From Octopus bimaculoides (lineage: Eukaryota): a stretch of DNA of 34,583 nucleotides. Positions 1 through 10,860 of the stretch are shown piece by piece. How positions within the stretch are numbered: position 1 is the first letter of the stretch; each line of letters starts with the position of its first letter. The notes beneath the pieces were generated by a model. It was given only the letters and a program-made list of their open reading frames with translations, made no database searches and was not told the DNA's origin. The stretch lies in NCBI RefSeq assembly GCF_001194135.2, contig NC_068996.1:7201892-7236474 (forward strand), written 5' to 3'. Position numbers and translations under genes: made by a program.

Positions 1-126
1 ATATATATATATATATATAATATTAGGGATAGAAATCCAGAATTACAGGTAAAAACTCAATTAAAATCAATTTATTAAAAATTAAAATTAAATTAAGTTT
101 CACAGCATTAAATATATATATGTATG

Positions 127-158
<32 letters not shown>

Positions 159-454
159 TGTATGTATGTATACAGGTTTGTTGATGCAAATAGGAAAAAT
201 AGAACTCAAAATATGAGTTTATGCATATTTTTATTAATATTTAGCAGAAGTAACAGAGTGACTCAAGTTCTGAGATTTTCATATGTTGACACTTATCAGT
301 TTGATAAGTGTCAACACATGAAACTCTCAGAACTTGAGTCACTCTGTTACTTCTGCTAAATATTGATAAGACTGTACTCGCACACACACACACACATGCT
401 CACAAAATGGGAGAAAGAGAGAGAGAAGAGAATGTGTGTGTGTATATCATCATC

Positions 455-530
455 ATTATTATCATCATCATCATCATCACCATTATCATTTAATGTCCAT
501 TCTCCATGTTGGTATGGGTTGGATGGTGTG
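455..530 (-). mobile_element. RTE-type 3' tail fragment ending in (GAT)n
   Basis: Reverse complement matches the tail ccatccaacccatgccagcatggaaa..ggacgttaaa..gatgatgat that ends the RTE copy at 1877-3080. Confidence 0.7.
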
Positions 531-714
531 ACAGGTGTACTAACAGTACTGCCAGCTTACTGCCTAGAATGAAGAGCATGTTTGTAATCATCACCATTAT
601 TGTTTTAATGGCCTCTTTCCCATGCGTGCATGTGTCAAGTGCAATTTGTTGAGACAGATTTTCTACAGTTAGCTGCTCCTTTCTGTCAGCAACCCTTACC
701 CATTTTCAAGTAAC

Positions 715-1445
715 CTGAAATTTTGCATCCTAGTAAGGGTGCCAAGCTGAAGCATCTGATTATGTATGAAGAACATTCCAATACTAAATGATGAATAACA
801 TTGACTAGTATTAGAGATTACCATTTGATGTTTAAAGTCCTCTTAAGGAAAGCTTGATGGAATCTACCCAATACCGTGCTTGATGTGATAATGATATACA
901 TATCATCTCAGAAGAGTATAAAAGAGGAGTTTAAGATGCATGATTCATAGATGCTGAGTTTAGTTTTGATGGTAATACCTCTGTTAGACCACACTTGATT
1001 TTTGAGCGTTCCAAATGCTTTGCTGGCTTTTTCAATCCTCAAATTTCGGAATCAAGGAACCCATCTCTAGAGAGAGTACTGCCAGAGTAGACAAAAAGAG
1101 TCAACAACAACATTCAATTTTGTACCCTGGAAGAAGAGGTTAAGTTCAATATAGGGCTCGCCTGGAAACTGAGAGAACATGATCTTTGTCTTCTTCAGGC
1201 TGATGGTGAGTCCAGAAGCAGTGCATGCTCAAGAGAAGAAATCCATTATAGCCTGCATGTCTTCTGCGTGAGCGACAACTATATTGTGAACATAAAGGAG
1301 TTCATGAACAAGAACATGGAAAGTCTTCAATTTTGTGTTGGAGTGTGTTTACATCAAAAACCTTACCTGTAATCTTGAAATGAATTATAGATGTTCATAT
1401 CACAGTCCTTGAAACTGTGCAAAACAGTTACAGCAAAATATATGT
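715..1445 (-). mobile_element. Degenerate RTE (BovB-like) LINE reverse transcriptase fragment
   Basis: Manual minus-strand translation with stops/frameshifts: IYFAVTVLHSFKDCD..GKVF..VHELLYVHN (eroded YADD)..MQAIMDFFS*ACTASGLTISLKKTKIM..YSGSTLSRDG..RIEKASKAFGTLKNQVWSNRGITIKTKLSIY..FHQAFLKRTLNIKW. Confidence 0.85.
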
Positions 1446-1876
1446 GTATTTAAGTGTCATTGCCATTCATTTCCAATGTTCTGGTCATGGGAAAATATGA
1501 CCTTCTTGGAATGAGGTGAGGGTTGACTATAGAAGATCTTGGTCAAACTCTGCCTGATCATGTTCAATGATGATAATGGTGATGATGATTTATCTATATG
1601 TAGGCAAATCAATAAAAATAGAAGTAAAAACAGGAAAGGATGTACATAATGAATATATTAAACTGATGCTCAGAGAAAGTGTAAGACAACAAAAAGAGGG
1701 GATGTGACATTTCAAGTATGACTCTTTGTCAGAAAAAGCAAAGATGAAAAAGTCCAAAGAAAAGGAAATGAATAGTCCGAGAAAAGGAAGTATATTGTTA
1801 CATGGTTGAAAAAGGACTAATATATATATATATAATCGATGCCAGCATGGTAGATGGACATTAAATGATTATATAT

Positions 1877-3080
1877 CAAGCTTCTACCTTTGCTAGTAGC
1901 AAAGGGCCTCTCGCTCAGAGTGAAAGGCAAACTGTATGATGCCAGTGTGCAAACAGTCATGTTACATGGCAGTAAAACATGGGCTGTGACTGCTGAAGAC
2001 ATGTATAGGCTTGTAAGAAATGAAGCTAGTATACTCTGCTGGATGTGTAATGTCAGTGTGCATGCATGACAGAGTGTAAGCGTCCTGAGAGAAAAGTCGG
2101 ACATAAGAAGCATCAGATGTGGTGTGCAAGAGAGCTGACTGCGTTGGTATGGTCATGTGATGTGTATGGATGAGGACAGCTGTGTGAAGAAGTGTCACAC
2201 TCTAACGGTGGAGGGAACCTGTTGGAGAGGTAGACCCAGGAAGACATGGGATGAGGTGGTGAAGCACAATCTTTGAAAGTTGAGCTTCACAGAGACAATG
2301 ACAAGTGACCGAGACCTTTGGAGATATGCTGTGCTTGAGAAGATCCATCAAGCCAAGTGAGATCGTAGTCATTGCTGATGCCAGTGTCATTTAAATGGCC
2401 TGTTAAAAGCACTCTTCAGTCACCAGGCGATATATTGTGCTTGTGAAGACCTCTTGAACTGAATGAAATCATAGTCATGGGTGATGCCAGTTCCATCTGA
2501 CTGGCACCCATGCTAGTGGCACACAGAAGGTGCAGTTCATGTGTTGGGCTTCATAGAGGCAGTGACATCAAGCTGAGTAAGATTGTAGTTGTAGCCAATG
2601 TCAGTGTTGCATAACTGGCCCTTTAAAATCACCCTACAATTGTTGGACGATATGCTGTGCTTGTGAAGACCCATTGAACTGAGTGAAATCATAGTTGTGA
2701 CTGATGCCAGTGGCGTCTGACTGGCACCCATGCTGGTGGCACATAAAAAGTACCATTCGAGTGTTGGGCCTCATGGAGGCAGTGACAGGTGACCAAAACC
2801 CTTTGTGATATACCATGCTTATGTTGACCTGTCAAGCCAAGTGAGACCGTAGTCTTAGCTGATGCCAGTGTCAGATCAATGGTACCCATAATGGTGGCAT
2901 GTAAAAAGCACCCACTACACTCTCAGAGTGGTTGGCATTAGGAAGGGAACCCAGCCATAGAAACCTTGCCAAATCAGATTGGAACCTGGTGCAGCCCCCT
3001 GGCTTACCAGTTTTCAGCTAAACCATCCAACCCATACCAGCATGAAAAGTGGATGTTAGACAATGATGATGATGATGATA
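1877..3080 (+). mobile_element. 5'-truncated RTE LINE: ORF C-terminus, tandemly expanded 3'UTR and (GAT)n tail
   Basis: Plus frame LLPLLVAKGLSLRVKGKLYDASVQTVMLHGSKTWAV..LRWYGHV..RGRPRKTWDEVVKH..DRDLWRYAVLEK with in-frame stops. Reiterated UTR units start at 2323, 2429, 2649 and 2807. The tail ends gatgatgatgat at about 3080. Confidence 0.88.
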
Positions 3081-3104
3081 TATATATATCTTTGTCTTAC
3101 AAGT

Positions 3105-3416
3105 TACTTGGTGACCCTGCTGGTGCTTGTGCCATGTAAAAAGCATCCAGTCCACACTGTAAAGTGGTTGGCATTTGGAAGGGCATCCAGCTGTGAAAAT
3201 CCCGCCAAAACTGACCTTGCGTGTGCTTGTGCCGTGTAAAAAGCATTCGGTCCACTCTGTGGAGTGGTTGGTGTTAGGAAGGGCATCCAGCCATAAAAAA
3301 AAAACTTGCTAAAATAGACAGTGAAGCCTGATGCAGTCTTCTGCTTGGCCAGCTCCTGTCAAATCATTCAACTCATGCCAGCATGAAAGGCAGATGTTAA
3401 ACAATGATGATGATAT
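3105..3416 (+). mobile_element. Non-autonomous RTE 3'-tail element with internal ~100-bp tandem duplication
   Basis: cttgtgcc(a/g)tgtaaaaagcat..gtggttgg..ggaagggcatccagc occurs twice (about 3127 and 3227), followed by the catgccagcatg..gttaaacaatgatgatgat end. Confidence 0.75.
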
Positions 3417-3439
3417 CATTTACACACACACACACACAC

Positions 3440-3600
3440 ATCATCATCATCATCGTTTAATGTCTATGATCCATGGTGGTGTGCGTTCACCGGTTTGATA
3501 GGATCTGATGAGTCCAAGGCCTGCATCATGCTCCAGTGTCTGCCATGGCATGAGTTCTACAACTGGATTCCCATACTAACTTGATGCCAGGGAACAATGG
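3440..3600 (-). mobile_element. Degenerate RTE 3'-tail element, tail-to-tail with 3105-3416
   Basis: catcatcatcatcgtttaatgtc..ttctacaactggat is the reverse complement of the same tail. Confidence 0.6.
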
Positions 3601-3873
3601 GTTAAACTGCAAGAATAGGACATCAAAAATGATCTGAATGGTAGATAATCTACATAGCAGATGATCAACATGGCTACTCACATTGAGTATGGAAAGTGAA
3701 GAGAGAGAAAAGTGAAAGTGATCTGTAGGAGTTACAAAGAGATAGACAATGGCAATGAGGTGCCCTGGTGGCCCCACAAGCTGAGTAGAAGTAGGTGATT
3801 GGGTGATTTGCAAGATTATATAGGGTGGGGCAAAAAATAAGAGGATGGAGAGACAAATATATCATGTATTATA

Positions 3874-4749
3874 TACTCTTTAACTCTTTTGTTTCAGTCA
3901 TTTGACTGTGGCCATGCTGGAGCACCACTTTTAGTTGAACAAATCGACCCCAGGACTTATTCTCTGTAAGCCTAGTACTTATTCTATCAGTCTCTTTTTG
4001 CCGAACTGCTAAGTTACAGGGACCTAAACACACCAGCATTGGCTGTCAAGCAATGGCGGGGTGGGGGGCAAACACACACAAACATATACAGACAGACAGA
4101 TAGACACACACACTCACACACACACATATACACATATATACGACGGGCTTCTTTCAGTTTCTGTCTACCAAATCCACTTACAAGGCTCTGGTCAGCCTGA
4201 AGCTATAGTAGAAGATGCTAGTTCAAGGTGCCACGCAGTGGGACTGAAACCGGAACCAGGTTGTTGGTAAGCAAGCTACTTATCCTTTTCTACTTTAGGC
4301 ACAAGACCCGAAATTTTGGGGGAGCGGGCCAGTTGATTAGATCGACTCAGGTATGCAACTGGTACTTAATTTATCGACTCCGAAAGGATGAAAGACAAAG
4401 TTGACCTCAGCGGAATTTGAACTCAGAACGTAAAGACAGACGAAATACTGCCAAGCATTTCGCCCGGTGTGCTAATGTTCCTTATTTCTTTATTGCCCAC
4501 AAGGGGCTAAGCATAGAGGGGACAAACAAAGACAGACAAAGGGATTAAGTTGATTACATCGACCCCAGTGCGTAACTGGTACTTAATTTATTGACCCCGA
4601 AAGGATGAAAGGCAAAGTCAATCTCAGCGGAATTTGAACTCAGAACGTAAAGACAGATGAAATACCACTAAGCATTTCATCCAGTGTGCTAACGTTTCTG
4701 CCAGCTCGCTGCCTTCAAGCTACTTACCACACAGCCACTCCTGCACCTA
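3874..4749 (-). mobile_element. tRNA-derived SINE family A, split in its head by a 433-bp insertion
   Basis: Colinear with the intact copy at 5610-6021. The head fragment caagctacttaccacacagccactcctg resumes at 4716. CAAGCTACTTA is duplicated at 4272-4282 and 4716-4726. Confidence 0.88.
4283..4715 (-). mobile_element. Dimeric tRNA-derived SINE family B insert (units 4481-4715 and 4283-4480)
   Basis: Both units share gagttcaaattccgctgag (B-box region) and ctttcatcctttcgg(g/a)gtc(g/a)ataaattaagtaccagtt but have different 3' ends. There is one intact head, aaggcagcgagctggcagaa, and one 11-bp TSD around the pair. Confidence 0.85.
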
Positions 4750-4885
4750 TATATATATATATGTGTGTATATATAAAATTGGTTAGTTGTCCATGAGTCA
4801 GAAGAAAAGCACACTCAGAAGGAGATTTTGAGCTGTTATATTGTATGTAGTCAGGTAGTATGTATATCCTTGGTTATGGTATATA

Positions 4886-5431
4886 TCCAAGCTGTGACAA
4901 ATCCTCAATATTCAATGATAAGATCACATTACCGACAACAAAGTTCTTCACTACGCCTCTATACCAAGCATTGAAGCCACCATTCTTTGCCATTGTTTCC
5001 ACTGGACAGGTCACGTTCAGCGTATGGAGCCCTCTCATCTCCTGAGGATCGTGCTCTATGGAGAACTTGGACCCAGAGGAGGTCCAAAATTTCATTTTAA
5101 AGACAGCTCGAATGAACCTTGGTTCAAACTAACATCCAGCCATCCTCATGAGAACAGATTGCCATAAATAGGACAGCCTGGAGGACTACTATCCGCAATG
5201 GAGCCAGCTCCTTTGACCTGAACAGACAACAGAATGAAGAGGTAAAACGCAGGAGAAGAAAGGAACATCTTCAACATCCTTGACCTGCACTGATCACCCT
5301 TTGTGTGAGTTCTGTCCACATCTCTTTCACCACTGACATGGATTCCAAAGTCACATTTGGCACAAACATCTGCCAAGGAGACTGGATAGAAACTGACAAA
5401 CCCAATACTTAGATATGAGCTGGAGCCAACG
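4886..5431 (+). mobile_element. 5'-truncated RTE (BovB-like) LINE 3' end with ~33-bp target-site duplication
   Basis: Translates QILNIQ**DHITDNKVLHYASIPSIEATIL..HWTGHVQRMEPSHLLRIVLYGEL..GGPKFHFKD..RTAWRTTIRNGA..KRRRRKE..CEFCPHLF..HGFQSHIWHKH (C2H2-like end). Flanked by agtcaggtagta(tgta)tatccttggttatggtatata at 4849-4885 and 5432-5464. Confidence 0.88.
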
Positions 5432-5609
5432 AGTCAGGTAGTATATCCTTGGTTATGGTATATAATTGGTCAGAAAGTTACTGCTGGTTTGATGCCTACT
5501 ATTGCATTTGGCATACAGACCCTATATTGCTATGAAACCAATGGTAACTTTCTAACTGGTTATATGTCATAACCAAGAATGATATATATAATACACACAC
5601 ATACATGTA

Positions 5610-6021
5610 TCTCTTTTTACTCTTTTACTTGTTTCAGTCATTTGACTGCGGCCATGCTGGAGCACCGCCTTCTTAGTCGAGCAAATCAACCCCAGGACTT
5701 ATTCTTTGTATGCCTAGTACTTATTCTATCAGTCTCTTTTGCCAAACCGCTAAGTTACGGGGATGTAAACACACCAGCATCGGTTGTCAAGCGATGTTGG
5801 TGGGGACAAACACAGACACACAAACATACACACACACATACATATATATATACATATGACGGGCTTCTTTCAGTTTCCGTCTACCAAATCCACTCACAAG
5901 GCTTTGGTCGGCCCGAGGCTATAGTAGAAGACACTTGCCCAAGGTGCCATGCAGTGGGACTGAACCCGGAACCATGTGATTGGTAAGCAAGCTACTTACC
6001 ACACAGCCACTCCTACGCCTA
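5610..6021 (-). mobile_element. Full-length tRNA-derived SINE family A
   Basis: Minus strand head aggcgtaggagTGGCTGTGTGGtaag (A-box-like) and GGTTCAGTCCC (B-box-like). Internal (TA)/(TG) tract. 3' end ggcggtgctccagcatggccgcagtcaaatgactgaaacaagtaaaagag. About ten related copies occur in the window. Confidence 0.9.
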
Positions 6022-6129
6022 ATAAGATTCCGAGCAGAGAGCGAAATAGTAACACCAGGTACCTGGTTTGGGACGTTGACCTACATCAAACAGCACATGC
6101 TTCCGAGGCCACAGCGTCACAATTACTCT

Positions 6130-6545
6130 ACAAATGCCATATTTATAGATATGTATGGAACACATGGAAGTGGAAGGCCCAGGAAGACATGGGATGAAGT
6201 ACTGAAATACGACCTCAGGATGCTGAATCTTTCAGGCAAGACAACAAAATACTGAGATGCCTGGCACCTTGTTGTACCCAGGAAGACCTGTACTCTGCAG
6301 CAGAAGTGTTAAGATTGGTCCCTTTGGTTGTGTAAAGCACTTGTGGTGGTACTATGTAAAAGCACCCAGAACACTCTGTAAAATGGTTGGTTTTAGAAAG
6401 GGCATCCAGTCATAGAAACCATACCAAATCAGACTGGAATCTGGTGCAGCTCCCCCATTTGCCAGCTCTGGTTAAACTGTCCAACCCGTGCCAGCACGGA
6501 CAACAGACGTTAAACGATGTTGTTGATGATGATGATGACGACGAC
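6130..6545 (+). mobile_element. RTE 3' fragment plus (GAT/GAC)n tail
   Basis: GSGRPRKTWDEVLKYDLRMLNL matches 1877-3080, followed by the shared tail ending ttaaacgatgttgttgatgatgatgatgacgacgacg. Confidence 0.8.
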
Positions 6546-6764
6546 GCGTGTGTATATGGAGAATAGACTAAACGGAACGAGAGGAGACAAGTGGGATGGA
6601 AGAGTCGTTGAAGAGGTCACAGGTGTGTGACAAAAGATTTCTAGACAATGGGCATAAGATGAAATAAGAACAATAATGAATGAGTGAAGAATGAATAAAT
6701 AGTGCGTGTGTTCATTTGGCAAAAACAAAAACCAAAAAGATATAACATTGTGTGTGTGTGTGTG

Positions 6765-6805
<41 letters not shown>

Positions 6806-7039
6806 CGATACTTATGCCTAAATACAATCCATCTATTCATGTGCCTTTTTTGCCAATTTTAGTTAGAGTTGAAGTAACAATTTCAAAATAGTCAACGACG
6901 TCACTAACAATATCAACAACAACGAATACAATTCCATTCGCCTTACCAAACTCTTTTTAATTCTTATTTTTAATATTTTGGTTGCTTTTGTTGTTTACTC
7001 CCACCACCGGTTTACAGCACCTAACAAAGCTAAAAAAAG

Positions 7040-7245
7040 AAACCTCTATCGATCGCTTGACTTGCTAGAAACAGCAGCCAAATCTCCAACAAATGTTACC
7101 GTTTTGTCTCAGGAAAAAAAAAGTCGGGAAGGACACATTGGAGAATACAGTTTTAGTCATATTTTTCAAATTAGGCAGTTTGGTCATGGTTGGAATGCTT
7201 TTCATCATGTCTGTTCAAGCAAGACTGACCTGGGGTTAAATAACA
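7040..7245. repeat. Unclassified interspersed repeat (family C)
   Basis: cttgacttgctagaaacagcagccaaatctcc..tggtcatggttggaatgc..gactgacctgggg resembles 14820-15270 and, inverted, about 19735-19785. The class could not be determined. Confidence 0.5.
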
Positions 7246-7247
7246 AC

Positions 7248-7790
7248 TACTACTACTACACGACTGTTACTACTATTGCCACTACTATTCTATCATTACT
7301 GCTGCAGTTACTTACGAGTAAATAATGCAACTATTTACTACTGCTACTACTGCTGCTGCTGCTACTGCAGTTATTTAAACCAGTAATAGCAAGTACTAAT
7401 ACAGTACCAACAAAGAGGCAACTTCTACGCGTTCGGTGGACTAGTTCGAAATAGCAGTCAAACCCCCCACCTCGAAATCACTCACTGATGTCTAAACGGA
7501 AAAAAGAAATAGAAAAGCAAGGACATATTGGACGATATAATCTTCGTTATTACGAAAAAACGGGTGAAGCTTTGCTGACACCTCGACCAGGGCTGACCTG
7601 GGGTGGGTTAAACAACAATCGCTATTATTATTACTACTGCGACGGCTGCTATTAATACATCGGCGTATAAGAGATCTTACTTCAGAAGCGACTGCGACAA
7701 CAGAACGACTCTACCACATAGCTTTACCGTACTATAACTCCTACTATAGCAGCCACTACTACTGCTACTATTACAGGAACTACTATTTGA
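7248..7790. repeat. Degenerate (CTA)n/(CTG)n triplet tracts
   Basis: actactactactac, ctgctactactgctgctgctgctactg and gccactactactgctactatt at 7248-7375 and 7625-7790. Confidence 0.7.
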
Positions 7791-9353
7791 CAGCACTATT
7801 TTACCGAAACAGTAAATTGTTTTGCTTGTGAATATTTCCTTGGCTTGATACATTTCGACATTCACACTCATATACATTCGTATTGCACACATTCATACGT
7901 TGATGTACGACCCGATCACAAACCTCCCTTATTTACTGTACTCTTTTGTTTACATTACTCAGACCAAAAAAAGAAAAAGAAGTGAAAAAACAGCCAAATA
8001 AAATAACATCTCATAGACATACACATACTTGCGCACTATTGTAAACGCATACATGCTGACAGTTCCGCAGACACACAGCTGTCTATAAATACTCGCTCGC
8101 ACCTGAATGTCGTGTGTCGCCGTCAGCCTGTTTGGAATATATTCCGCTCGTGTTGATTAAGTAAATAAGTGCTGAGTACTTGGCTTTTTTTTTTTTAATG
8201 GGGAAGCGGACTGGACTAAAAACCTACATAAGTAAGGCTTCGTTTCTTTTTCACTGATCTTTGTCACATGGAATTATACCGTCACATGTATTAAGTAATT
8301 TATTTGAAAACTACCACAAAAAAAAAAGCCCATCCCAGCCGGGCGACGCGGAAGATAAAAAGAAGCTGCACACACACACACAAAAAGTAAAAAAACAAAC
8401 AAACAAAAAAGAGCATAAAGCTAAGAAGGATACAAAACGAAAACAATACCGATAATAGCAATATTAATTGCCAAAGTGGACATAATTGATGCATCAGAAA
8501 TCGGAAGAAATTAATCGACGACGAAGAGTAAAGGACAGCAACAATAAAATAACTATTTATTATATTCACAACACTTACAGCTACTACTACATGCTAATCG
8601 GGTGGGTTTAATCTGTTTCACAGACTATACGTATACATACACATTGTTTATTTAGGATTGTGTATTTATCTGTAATTGGTTATATATATATATAGATATA
8701 TATACATATATATATATACATATATATGTGTAATTTGTCATTTCTTTACTAATTATCTTTATAATTATATTGCTGATTCCCCCTTAATTGCAAAACGCAC
8801 CATTGCACAAGGTACGTAACTCTTGTCATAAATAATTCTCCCTTTTATTTACCACTTCTTTCTTTCCCTCTCTCTCTCGCTTTCTCTATCTTTTTCTCTC
8901 ACATATTTTCACAGACACTCTTCTACTTTAGTTATTACTTTTCAAACCGAAACCGGTGATCGAAGAATATTCCTTCCCCCGCCCCTCAGACTGAATGTTA
9001 CGTCTTTGTACAAGTTAAATTGTGCTAATTCACTTTTGGCAACTTGTATTCATATGTAATTGCAATTGTCACAGAACTGTCACGCACTTCTTGCAAAAAA
9101 AAAAAAACAAAACAAAAAAAAAAAGCATTCTACGGAAGGAAAAAATAACTAAACAAAACAAACGGAAACCAACACGATACCACTCAACATTTATATCTAC
9201 TTAACTAGTTCCACTGTTATAATTTAATTCTACTACTAGTGGTAGAGTTTCCATTGTTGTTGTTGTTCTGTGCACGCATGTGTGCATATATGTATGTCTG
9301 TGCGTGTACCAGCAGCGCGTGTTCCCTCTATATGTATGTAGCTTAATTTCAAA
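7400..9353 (+). promoter_or_regulatory. Putative promoter/5'UTR region of the cyclase gene
   Basis: Visibly CpG-retaining and almost free of recognisable SINEs/MITEs. TATAAATA at 8084-8091, E-box CAGCTG at 8076-8081, GC-box CCCCGCCCC at 8977-8985. Candidate donor AAG|GTACGT at 8812 and polypyrimidine-CAG acceptor at 8914. The motif calls are weak individually. Confidence 0.45.
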
Positions 9354-10860
9354 ATGGCGAACTGTGAAGATAACAGTGGCAGTGGTGGTGCAGCTGATGA
9401 TAGTACCATTGTTAATGATAGCCAAAATTTGAGTATTGTCCCTGCTAACGATGGTATTAACTCTGCTAAGGACACTCAGTCGGGTTCAGTCGATGCCCAT
9501 TATGATGCAAGCCATGCACCTGAATCTGTTGACGTCGATATTAGTTCTGCAACCAAAAACCGCTACAAGAAAAAGGTGACTGGGAGGTTATCGGCTCTTA
9601 AAAACTATAAGGAAACATGGTTTGACCCTCCCAAAAACCGATCGCACTTTTTGCACGAGAAATGCCTTGACAGCTATTTCCCTTTGTTGACTAGAAGATT
9701 CCGATGCGCTATCTGTTTTATTATTCTTGGCACAATACTATGGAGTATTTACTGTGGTGTTAGCATTGAAAAGTTAGAATGGTATTTTTCATTCGTTGTG
9801 GTCCTTTTGTTTTTCATCGAACTTGCTTGTCTAGGATTCACTTTTACTTTGTTTTATCGGAAGTTCCATATTATTCCATCCCTGATCATGGGTCCTGGAA
9901 CATGCATTGTTATTTTGGTTGTCTACGCCTGCCTTCGCGATCCAAACTACGAGGTGTCAGCATTTGCCACTTCAGTGACCATCATAATTTTAATGTACAC
10001 CACACTACCCCTGCCTCTAACGTTGGTATTTATTGTGGGAATTGTTCAGTCGATTGCTTTGGAAATCTTAAATGTTTTTGTGTCCCCGGCCTCAGCTATT
10101 GATAAGGTAATAGTTGGCAGGATCATATTGCATATATGTCTACATTCACTCGGTGTTTACCTGTTCATTATTTTTCAAGTTAGACGATACAGTCTTTTCC
10201 AAAAATTGCAACAAGCTACCCGAAACAACCGTATCCAAGAAGAAGACAAAAAAATCATAGAACGTATGCTGCATTCACTCATGCCACCGGCTGTCGCGAA
10301 AAATGTAATTGACAAGCAGGCTCCTTCTGGTCAGGGAGTTATAACTTTCCGACCCTTTCAAATAGACAAAATAGACCATGTTAGTATCCTGTTCGCTGAT
10401 ATTGTCGGTTTTACTAAGATGAGTTCCAACAAAACCGCCAAACACTTAGTGGATCTGTTGAGTGATTTATTCGGTCGTTTTGACAAACTTTGTGAAGCTT
10501 TAGGATGTGAAAAGATAAGTACGTTAGGCGACTGTTATTATTGTGTATCTGGATGCCCTGAAGCTAACAAAGATCATGCCAAGTGCTGTGTGGAAATGGG
10601 TCTACGTATGATTGAAGCAATACAAGAATTCGACAAAGAAAACAACGAACAAGTTAATATGAGGGTCGGTGTCCACACTGGGACAGTACTTTGTGGAATT
10701 GTAGGATCAAAACAATTTAAATTCGATGTATGGTCAAATGACGTGACTTTGGCAAATATCATGGAGGCAACCGGAAAGCCTGGACGTGTTCATATTTCTA
10801 AAACCTCTTATGAGTACCTTGAAGATGAGTATGAAGTTGAAGAAGGGGAAGATTGTGAAG
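9354..10860 (+). CDS. ADCY9: Adenylate cyclase type 9-like, giant first coding exon (N-terminus + M1 six TM + C1a domain); 5'-partial gene, remaining exons outside window
   Basis: ATG in ttcaaaATGG context. 502 open codons + 1 nt, then AG|GTAAGA donor at 10861. Class III cyclase motifs VSILFADIVGFTKMS, CEKISTLGDCYYCVSGCP, VNMRVGVHTGTVLCG and FKFDVWSNDVTLANIME. STLGDCYY, FKFDVW and WFDP...CL..YFP...RRFR....LWSIY match my recall of AC9 rather than AC1-8 (KILGDCYY, WQ(F/Y)DVW). Six hydrophobic segments precede C1a. The last 13 codons of the 515-aa ORF are intron read-through. Confidence 0.93.

Noticed and set aside
6054-6067. 14-bp palindrome ACCAGGTACCTGGT
   Set aside because: Isolated, lies between two transposon pieces, and has no supporting structure.
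6896-6903. CRE-like CGACGTCA upstream of a cyclase gene (feedback idea)
   Set aside because: 7/8 match inside an (AAC/GAC)-rich tract 2.4 kb from the ATG, which is expected by chance.
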